Shown here one piece after another: positions 13,121 through 23,103 of a DNA stretch of 64,000 bases. The stretch lies in NCBI GenBank assembly GCA_001179505.1, contig CDMY01000603.1, positions 248,001 to 312,000 of the forward strand, in the 5' to 3' direction. This DNA is from Vitrella brassicaformis CCMP3155 (lineage: Eukaryota > Protista > Chromerida). Position 1 is the first letter of the stretch; every line of letters begins with the position of its first letter. The notes below the pieces were generated by a model. That model saw only the letters and a list, made by a program, of their open reading frames with translations, did not search any database and was not told where the DNA came from. The position numbers were made by a program, and so were the translations under genes.

Positions 13121-16100
13121 TCATTCATATCGGTCAAAATAGCCGATGACCGGCGCCTCCATGGATGCGTCAGAGGGGTGGCCTGCAGCACACACAGGTC
13201 AGGTCACGTCACAGCACACACACATGAGTGAGTGATTTCAATATGCACAGATCTCCTTCCTCCCCACCGGTGACCCACCACCTACCGTGGTGAGCAATGA
13301 TGCCGTCAGGTCGAATAAGGCAGAATGCGGCAGGCTGTCCGGCGTTGAAGGGCGAGAGGTTGAACTTGTACCTCTGCAGCACCTCCCCCTCGACGTCCCA
13401 CGCCAGCTGGAGATCAACGCTGCACTCCTGCGGCTCAAACGACGCCTTGAACTTCTTCTTGATCGCATTCAGAATGGTGCTCATCCGACCAACGCCCTCA
13501 ACCTACACTCAACTCACACACAATGCGCAGCGCACGTGGTGGCGACGTGACGACAAGCATGCATCCCGCCCATCCCGCCATGTGTTCGTTCCTCGTTAAT
13601 TACCATCGGCACGAGGGTGGCCCTGCCGGTGCTGAAGACCAGCAGCACTTGCAGCTCCTGGCCCGGCCGCTGGTGTTCGGGCCTCTGGGGGTCGCTGCCG
13701 TTGCTCGTCGTGGGGGACGACTGCGCATGGTGGGTGCTCGTGTGGCTGTTGGCCCCACCGCCCCCTGCCGCAGCTGTCCTCGGGCGAGAGGGCGTGATGG
13801 GCGAGGAGGGCTGCGTCTTGGGGGTGGCGTCGTCGCGGCAGGCCTCGTAGTACTTGGTCTGCAGCTTCACGCCCAGCTTGAGCAGGTCGTGCAACACACC
13901 GGACACCTCTATCTCTGCAGCCAGGCACACACATACACACACAAAGGGACGTGTGTGTTTGGCTGGTCTGCAATGTGTGCTGTGTGTGGTGGTGGTGGTG
14001 GTGTTTCGCGCACCGTCCTGCTCGATGGGGTCTGGGAGGCCGATCGGCGGGATGTAGCAGGTGCCGCCAAACCATGAGCGCTTGGGCCGGCTGGCCGACG
14101 AGAGGGAGGACGTGCCGAGCTCCTCGCCCTTGGCCGGCACACGCAGCGCCAGCAGCAGGGTGTGCGACGGACGGGCTATCGCCTGACAAGACAACACACG
14201 AACGATGGATGGATGCGCAGATGCGATGACTCTGTGCGGCGTACCTGGTGCAGCCTGACGAATCTGATCTGGTTGTCGTCGACCAGCGCGAGCTTGGCGT
14301 CAGGAGCCCGTGACCCCGGTGGCACGCTGCCCTTGATCTGCTCCCGACCAACACACCGCCTGAACACAACGGGGAGAGAGAGAGAGGGACAAGCAATTGT
14401 CACCATTGAGTGTGCAGATGAGCTGCTATGCTGCTGTGTTGTGCTTGCCTGTGTATTGGGTACTGCCTGTCCTTCTGCAGTGCGACCAGTGACGGCCCCA
14501 GCCACTGGGAGTTGGCCGTCGGCAGGATGGTGCGCATGTTCCACAGCAGCCCCCCACCGTTCATCGCATCCATGTAGCTCTCCAGCGACGTCACTGCGCC
14601 ATACATACCCCATAGACACACACACGGACAGACAGACAGACAGACAGACATGACACACAGGTGGATGGATGGACGCACTGCGGTGCCGGTGGGTCGTTCG
14701 CTGGCTCACTCACTCTTTCTCCGTTGATGCCGTTCGGTGACGTATGTGTCGAGCAGCGACCAGTCGGCCTGGTTCGCCACGACCGTTGCAAGCTTCCACG
14801 CCAGGTTAGAGGCATCCTGACGGACGGAAGAGATATGTACGATGGATTCATTGTGTTGTGGGTGCGTGTGTGGGTAGGGCCATCCACCTCACTCACCTGT
14901 ATGCCTGTGTTGATGCCCTCGTCGAAGAATGGCGAGTGCATCTGTGCGGCGTCTCCGCACATGAACACACGTCCCCATGAGTAGGTGGGCTGGAATATGT
15001 CGCACATCGGCACACCTGCAAGACACACAAGGCACATGGGGTCCCTCCCTCCCTCCCTCTCACACACTCACATGTGGCCCAGTCGACCTCCTCAATCACG
15101 CTGCCAGGTAACGCCTGCACACACACACACACACACACAACACACACCCATCCCTTGGCTTGTGCGTCNNNNNNNNNNNNNNNNNNNNNNNNNNNNNNNN
15201 NNNNNNNNNNNNNNNNNNNNNNNNNNNNNNNNNNNNNNNNNNNNNNNNNNNNNNNNNNNNNNNNNNNNNNNNNNNNNNNNNNNNNNNNNNNNNNNNNNNN
15301 NNNNNNNNNNNNNNNNNNNNNNNNNNNNNNNNNNNNNNNNNNNNNNNNNNNNNNNNNNNNNNNNNNNNNNNNNNNNNNNNNNNNNNNNNNNNNNNNNNNN
15401 NNNNNNNNNNNNNNNNNNNNNNNNNNNNNNNNNNNNNNNNNNNNNNNNNNNNNNNNNNNNNNNNNNNNGCATTGGCAATAGAGTGCAGCTCCCCCCTCGT
15501 AGGGCTCAGGTGATGGTAGCACACGATGTCCATCAGAAAGGAGGTCTCCGTAAGCAGGGGTCTGATGCGGCGGCCGGCAACGACCCGCCACTTGTTGCCG
15601 CCGCCCAGCGGCACACACGACACGACCTCTCGGTTCCTGCCCAGCAGCAGCTGCGCGCTCTTCTTGTTGGCGGGCACCGGCCACTGCGCGCGGATGTCGG
15701 CCACGAGGAACTCCATCTCACCGGGGGTGCCGCTGGGCTGGTTAGGGTGGTGCACTCGGGGAGGCGCGAATTTCTGGTGAGTGGGTGGCATTGCATTGCA
15801 CGAGAGAGAGAGCAAGAGAAGACAGACCAGAATGTGCGTCACGGCGTTGACTGACTGACCTTCTTGATGGTCGAGTCGACTCCATCGCACCCCACAAGGA
15901 ACACGCCGGTGAAGGCGCATTTCTTGGCGTTGAACTTGTTGCGGAAGATGTCGCGGGTGCCTTTGGGCTGTGAGGGGTCGGGTGGGGGTCGCGGCCGGAC
16001 GTTGACGGTGATGGTCTCGTCGGGATGCTCCCCGATGTGGATGCTGTCGATCTCGACGTTGCGCTTGATGCACTGCTGGTAGCCCAGACGATTGATGCGG

Positions 16101-16720
16101 TCGATCAGAATGCGCTCCACTAAGGACTGGTCAACCACCTGCAATACACACAATGTCAACACACACACACACACACACAGATACAGCGAAAGGGGGGGTG
16201 GGGGATGGCGTGTGACCACTTTCTTGTGTGTTGTTTGTGTGTTGGTGTGCTCTGCTCACCACAGGCTCTGCGTGTTGGGAAGTGGATCCCTTGAAGGTGC
16301 GCTCCGTCACCACTTTGCCGTTGGCGACCAGCCGCTCTGCCGTCAGCATATGGCTGCACGCCAGCACCTGATCCACCATGCCAATACCTGTACTCAACCA
16401 AACAGACAGCGCACACAACACCAACAAAGCACAGACACAGAGAGAAAGCTTTGAGTGTCCGCCGTCTCTGCCCGTCCGTCCACTGTCGTACGTTCGAGTG
16501 TGTCGAGCGTGGCGCTGTGCAGACATATGGTTCTCCCAAACATCTCAGCACAGTCGGGATTGCCCTTGTGCGGCCCGGACGACTTGTCGAGCAGCACAAA
16601 GCTGACGCCTCTCCTCGCCAGCTCCAAAGCCAGCACAAGGCCACTGCAGGAGCCGCCGACGATGATGACATCTGTGGCGGTCAGGGTGGGCAGATCAGGC
16701 ACGCCGTCTGCCGCCGGCAT
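13121..16720 (-). CDS. FAD-dependent monooxygenase (FAD_binding_3, phenol-hydroxylase-like, with C-terminal thioredoxin-like domain); interrupted by an assembly gap
   Basis: N-terminal DVIIVGGSCSGLVLALELARRGV, internal LVGCDG, GRVFMCGDAAQMHSPFFDEGINTGIQ|DASNLAWKLA, C-terminal GSRAPDA and LIRPDG motifs. The last exon probably ends GYFDRYE-TGA at 13121. Confidence 0.9.
15169..15468. other. Assembly gap (300 N placeholder) inside the monooxygenase gene
   Basis: Run of N. Confidence 1.
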
Positions 16721-16864
16721 TCTCGGCCGCTCAGGATAGAAGGAGCTCGGCAGCTTTGCGTCACTGCCCAGTCAGTCACCGCGCCAGATCCGTGATCAGT
16801 CTGGCGGTTTCACGCACACCCTAGCAGATATGCTCTGCCAGCTTAGCCTCCGACTCGGCGAAGA

Positions 16865-18385
16865 ATGGCATCATTTTTCGTCCACGGAAGGCAGATTTGC
16901 CTTCTCCATTCCCCCCAGCACTTCCTGCTAACGCTGCGTCACCTCTTCCAGACCGTCAAGGAGCGGGCAGTCATCTCGGCCCTCTATGTCGGCACGGGAG
17001 ACCCGGAGTCGGCCGTCATCCGAGATCTGCTCTCGGCATGCAAGGCGCGCGGCAGGGCATTGCAAGTGGACGTCCTGCTCGACTGCCTCAGGGGCACACG
17101 CAAGGACAAGACCACCGAGGCGTCGTCCGTCAACAGGCTGCTGCCCGTGTTGTGGAGCGGGCAGACCAGGGCCCGTGTGGCGCTCTTCCACACGCCGCTT
17201 CTCTCGGGGCCTCTGAAGCGAGTGCTGCCCGCGCGCATCAACGAGGTGCTTGGCACGCTGCACGTCAAGGTGTTCATTGCGGACGACACGGCGGTGCTCA
17301 CGGGAGCCAATCTCAGCACCTCTTACCTCACCGACAGGCAGGACAGGTACGTCGTCATCCGCGACGCGTCGGTGGCCGACTACCTGCACCAGATCGTGAG
17401 CAGCGTATCGGCGTGCAGCTATCAGCTCGAGGACAACGGCGACCTGCTGCTGCCCTCGTCTGTTCCCGACCCATCCCAGCGGCCAGATGACTTCGCGGCC
17501 TATCTCGGCGAGCGGCTGCAGCCGTATCAAGCAGTTTCCACGACAGGAGGAAGACATGGCCTGCCTCACTGGCGGACAGAGGATATACCGCCCCATTGCA
17601 GGAGGGCAGACCTCACTGGGCCGAAGACAGCTGCATTGCAGTCGTCCCTCGCCCGTGTGTCGTTTCGGCTGCAAGCTGGCTTCATCTCGCCACCCATCAT
17701 GGACGAGCTCACGCTTCTGGAGGAGGTCCTCGCCAACGCCGCTGAGAGCGGGCAGCGAGTGGTGCTGGCGTCGGGCTACCTCAACCCCCCGACGCAGCTA
17801 CGGGAGGCCCTGCAGAAGTTCGCTGCGACGAGGGCAGAGAAGGGGAGGGAGGGAGAGGGGGGGAAGAGCAGTTCATCTGCTACTGCTGCTCTCAGCTTGG
17901 TGACGGCGGCGCCTGAGGCCAACAGCTTCCACAACTCTCGGGGTCTGTCGTTCTGGATCCCGGCAGCCTACGCATCAGCGGGCGCCGACCTTCTGGCGTC
18001 GCTTCCCGCAGGCAGTGTGACGATGCGGGAGTACTGCCGGCCTGGGTGGACGTTCCACTCGAAGGGCATCTGGCTGTATCCCCCAGACAGCGACAAGACC
18101 TTCCCCCGGTCGTCTGACCGGCTGCCGTGGGCCACTGTGTGCGGCAGCAGCAACTTCAGCCAGCGGTCGTCGTTTCGCGACCTGGAGCTGTCGTGCTTCA
18201 TTGAGACGGGCGAAGAGGAGCTCAGGAAGGACATGGGCAAGGAGGTGGAGGCCCTGATGGGTGGTGATGGTGATAGTGATAGTGGTGGGTTTAGTCGGGG
18301 TGTGGGCGTGCGGGAGATGAGGGGGAGGTGCCCTGGGTGGCTGAGGTGGCTGGTTGCCAAGAGCAGGGTCGGGACGCTGCTGTGA
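16865..18385 (+). CDS. PGS1: CDP-diacylglycerol--glycerol-3-phosphate 3-phosphatidyltransferase (PLD-type phosphatidylglycerophosphate synthase), intronless
   Basis: Single 506-aa ORF with LYVGTG, DCLRGTR, LFHTP, first HxK motif (HVKVFIADD..GANLS.SYLTDRQDRY), SGYLN, PEANSF, second motif TFHSKGIWL and GSSNFSQRS..RDLE. Confidence 0.93.
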   Translation: MASFFVHGRQICLLHSPQHFLLTLRHLFQTVKERAVISALYVGTGDPESAVIRDLLSACKARGRALQVDVLLDCLRGTRKDKTTEASSVNRLLPVLWSGQTRARVALFHTPLLSGPLKRVLPARINEVLGTLHVKVFIADDTAVLTGANLSTSYLTDRQDRYVVIRDASVADYLHQIVSSVSACSYQLEDNGDLLLPSSVPDPSQRPDDFAAYLGERLQPYQAVSTTGGRHGLPHWRTEDIPPHCRRADLTGPKTAALQSSLARVSFRLQAGFISPPIMDELTLLEEVLANAAESGQRVVLASGYLNPPTQLREALQKFAATRAEKGREGEGGKSSSSATAALSLVTAAPEANSFHNSRGLSFWIPAAYASAGADLLASLPAGSVTMREYCRPGWTFHSKGIWLYPPDSDKTFPRSSDRLPWATVCGSSNFSQRSSFRDLELSCFIETGEEELRKDMGKEVEALMGGDGDSDSGGFSRGVGVREMRGRCPGWLRWLVAKSRVGTLL

Positions 18386-18700
18386 GCACAGCACGTGACG
18401 GCGGATGGACAAACGTGTCCTGTGCGTGTGTGTTTATGTAATGGGACGTTTGTGCAATATATACGCCTGACGCACGTAAACCCTACGGGTGTCTGTCTGT
18501 CCAGAACAAACTGTTTGTCCTGACGTATGGACTCACTCGTACAAACCGATCAATGACAGACACCACACAACACAACACGAGAAAAAACTGACTGACTACG
18601 TCCCAACCAAAAATAGTCTGACGTACACTCACTCAGCTGGCAATGGTCTGTCTCGCTGTACTGTGACTAATACGCTCTACATAGCGGCATTCGCGTTAGC

Positions 18701-21700
18701 TTATTCTGTGCCTTTCCAGTGGAGCCGTGCCAGCACTGCAGTGCCCTTGGCCAGCTGATCGTAGGCCTCTTTAGCACGAGAGGCGGGGAAGGTCTGCACG
18801 GGCAGGAAGGAGCAGGTCGACGGCGACAGCTCGGCCAGGACACGCAGCGCTTCGTCGAGCCGACGATCCTTTGTCCACCGCCCACGCAGCGATGGCGGGA
18901 TCTCGCTCACCTGGGAAAACTGCACACAACACAACACACGCAATCAACGAATGCCATGCACGCACCAACCGTATGTATCGTCTGGTCTGGTTGTTGTTGG
19001 TGTGCCCTGCCCGTGCTTCCACACCGACCTTGATTTGTATGTGCGATCGGTGCAGCCGCAGCGAGCCGAGGTCCAGCTCAGCAAAGCCGGCGAAGCCCTT
19101 GGAGTACCACGACCCCACCACCACCCGCCCGTTGTTGCGCGTCACCCTCAGCGCAGCGTCCAGCGCTGTCGGCCGCCCACTCACCTCTATCACACAGTCG
19201 AAGGGGCTGGGTGGGTCGTGGGCAGAAGAAGGGGCCAGCACCGCAGACGCACCGGCCTCTCTCGCGAGACGGCGCCTTTGCTCGGAGGGGTCGATGGCCG
19301 TCACGTGCCAGCGTTGGCGAGCCAGCAGATAGGTCACCAGCAGGCCTATCAGGCCCTGGCCAAACACCGCCACCTGCTCACCTGCAAGACATCCACACAC
19401 ACACCCATATAGATGCCNNNNNNNNNNNNNNNNNNNNNNNNNNNNNNNNNNNNNNNNNNNNNNNNNNNNNNNNNNNNNNNNNNNNNNNNNNNNNNNNNNN
19501 NNNNNNNNNNNNNNNNNNNNNNNNNNNNNNNNNNNNNNNNNNNNNNNNNNNNNNNNNNNNNNNNNNNNNNNNNNNNNNNNNNNNNNNNNNNNNNNNNNNN
19601 NNNNNNNNNNNNNNNNNNNNNNNNNNNNNNNNNNNNNNNNNNNNNNNNNNNNNNNNNNNNNNNNNNNNNNNNNNNNNNNNNNNNNNNNNNNNNNNNNNNN
19701 NNNNNNNNNNNNNNNNNGGGCAGGAAGGAGCAGGTCGACGGCGACAGCTCGGCCAGGACACGCAGCGCTTCGTCGAGCCGACGATCCTTTGTCCACCGCC
19801 CACGCAGCGATGGCGGGATCTCGCTCACCTGGGAAAACTGCACACAACACAACACACGCAATCAACGAATGCACCCACCCACCGTATCGTCTGGCCTGGC
19901 TGTTGTTGGTGTGCCCTGCCCGTGCCGTGCTTCCACACCTACCTTGACTTGTATGTGCGATCGGTGCAGCCGCAGCGAGCCGAGGTCCAGCTCAGCAAAG
20001 CCGGCGAAGCCCTTGGAGTACCACGACCCCACCACCACCCGCCCGTTGTTGCGCGTCACCCTCAGCGCAGCGTCCAGCGCTGTCGGCCGCCCACTCACCT
20101 CTATCACACAGTCGAAGGGGCTGGGTGGGTCGTGGGCAGAAGAAGGGGCCAGCACCGCAGACGCACCGGCCTCTCTGGCGAGACGGCGCCTTTGCTCGGA
20201 GGGGTCGATGGCCGTCACGTGCCAGCGTTGGCGAGCCAGCAGATAGGTCACCAGCAGGCCTATCAGGCCCTGGCCAAACACCGCCACCTGCTCACCTGCA
20301 AGACATCCACACACACACCCATATAGATGCCAGGACCACCCTCTAGTCTCAATAGATCTCTCTCCTCATTGCCCACCCACCTGGCACTGGATTGGCATCC
20401 TGCAGTAGCGAGAGTGCGGTCTCCATTGCCGGCAGGAAGATGGCGTCGTCCACGGGCACGTCAGCGGGCAGGCGTGTGCACGACGACAGCGGCACGATCG
20501 CCCTCTCCTCGTGAGAGTGAAACGCAAAGACCTTCTGGCCCAGCCACGACAAGCGGTCCACGCCAGAGCCACACCTGACGCATTTGCCGGCGAGGGAGTA
20601 GCCGTATGTGAGTGGATATCTGAGCGGTGTGGCCGTCATGCCCTCGATGGATGTGTCCAGCGGCTCGCCGTCGATGAAGTCGCCCTGGTAGACCTTGAGC
20701 TCCGTCCCGCTGCTGATCAACGAGTAGGCCGACTCCACCTCCACCTGCAGGCAGGCAGCCATCGCATCCACGCACCAAATGTGTGGTGGTGGAGTGCAAT
20801 GTGTTAGTGAGTTATGGGTTTGTGGGTGGCGGGCGGGGCTTACGTACGTGTCCTGGCGGCACTTTGATGGCTTGGGGCCGGTCTCTGATCTCTACTCGCG
20901 AGGGGCCGCTGAAGACCACCTGGCGGCTGGGAAAGGCAGCCGCCACATCTGAGTACACACACACACACACACACACATGGGTTCACAGGCGTGTGAGCGT
21001 CTGTCTATCCATCACATACAGACATATCGGCGGGCAGTGTGCCGAGAATGTCGACGTTTTTGACCTTCAGTGTGGAGTGTTTGTCGGTGTGGTGCTTGAC
21101 CCATGCTGGCAGGTCCCAGTGGGGCAGCAGCTGGCAGCTCCTGAGCGCACCCATGGCCAGGAACGACATCAGACACTGCCACATGTACTGATGGTCCGCG
21201 CACGGCACCGACCACTCCGACGCACCTAAACGAATCACACACACACCCACATGGCTGTCCATCCATCCATCCATCCAGGTGACCTCACCCTGCATCATGA
21301 TTTGCCCTTTTCGCGATTCGATGGCCCTGAGCAGCTTGGAGGGGTCGGTCGATTGGCCCTCTCTCCTCAGGTGCTCGTGGTACAGACTCACCACCTGCCG
21401 GTCGGTCGGCAGCGCCCCGCCGCCGAAGAACGGCGGGTCAAATGTCGTCCTGCCGGCGTAGGTAATCGGCATGTACAAGAGCGCCCCTGCACACACACAC
21501 ACACACACTCGTGCATATGTGTAGACAGCCGTCTGTGGCAGGGCAGGGCAGGGTCCCTACACACCTGGTGCGATCCTAGTGAGGTGGTTGATGAGGACGT
21601 CCTGGTCCATCAGGTCGGCGAAGGAGCAGCCCAAGACGACGTCGAAGCCGTGCTGCCCATCAGCCGTGTCCAGAAGGTCGCCCTCCACCAGCACCAGGTA

Positions 21701-23072
21701 TATACCGCCGCCGCCCCGGTCGGCCTTGCGGTAGACGCGCTCCCGAGGATGGAAGCCGAAGCTCTCATCGACCTCCTCGAACCCCATCAGCTCGGTGGCA
21801 CTCTCGCGGTTGGCCTGACAGACAGACACAGCCAGAGAGCATAGCATGCCAGTGTCTGTCGCTTGCAGGCTTGTGTGTGGTCTCTCTCGTTGTCTGTCTG
21901 ACCTGCATGACGGCGCGTGAGGTGTCGATGGCCACGTAGACGAGTGCGTCGCCCCGGCCCTTCCACTGATGCCCCTCCCATAGGCCCAGCACCCTCACCA
22001 GCATGCCCAGCCTCCCCGCCCCCACATCCAGCACCCTCACGCCGCAATCCCTCGGCTCCTTCTCGCGGAACCTCGCCACGAAGGCCTCCCACGTGTCTTC
22101 ATTGAAGGCGTGGCAGTCGATGGCCTTTTTGGCGGAGAGGTAAGCGAGCGGGTCGAACTGGAAGGTGGATTGGGGCGGGGCGCACTTGATGAGTGACGCT
22201 AGGGACTGCTCGAGGGTGGATGGAGAGGTGGGGAGAGGGGCCAGGGACACGCCTGAAACAACAGGACGATGTGCGTTTGTCTGTCTGTCCGAGTGGGTGG
22301 TTACCTTTGATGGCATGTGAGATGGCCTGCACGCTGCTGTCGATGACTTCAGGGTCATCAATCACCACCAGCTCCTTCTCCCCCCCTCCTAGCTCCTTCC
22401 ACGCGTCCCGCAGCCTCTCATACTGAGGCCCCCTGCCGCCCTCGCCGATAAACGCCTCACCCCCCACCATTGGCACGCCCCCCCTCTCCGGCATCACAAT
22501 GCGCGACACCATCGAAGATGGCAAACACCGTGAGTAGAAGAGCATGTGCCCTGGGGAGGTCCACCGCAGGAGGTCCCTGATCCACCTCGGCGTGGCGCCT
22601 TCGCTCGCCATGTGCTGCCACCCTGTCGGCGTAGTGCTTTCCTTCCGGCCGTCCCTGTCGTCTGTCTGCCCGCTGACTCGCGCAGTCTCCTTGTTGAGGA
22701 GGTATGCCGTGAGCTCCTTCTCGATCGCCGCCCAGCCGCCCCTCTCCTTGCTGTCGAGACACCGCCGCACAATGGCCTTCACCTCAGCCGACGCGATCAG
22801 GTCCACATTGAAGGCGATCGGTGGCAGGAGGGCGGCAGCTGATTGGGGGGTGTCCAGCGGGCCCTCAAATGAGGCGGACGTGGCGAGTGGGTCGGGGCCG
22901 TCGGAGACGGTGATGGTGAGCGACGAGAGGGGCTCCGGAGGGCTCTGTCGGTCTGCTGGCGGAAGACTCAGATATGCGGAACGGACTCTCTCCCACAGAT
23001 AGCGTGACAACTGCAGCCAGCAACAGAGGAGGAAACGCATTCATGGAGGGGAGGGAATGCAATCGCGCCTGT

Positions 23073-23103
<31 letters not shown>

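Noticed and set aside
18800-20331. Apparent tandem duplication of the last dehydrogenase exons
   Set aside because: The duplicate begins and ends exactly at a fixed 300-N gap and differs only by a few SNPs and intronic indels; best explained as two alleles left uncollapsed by the assembler.
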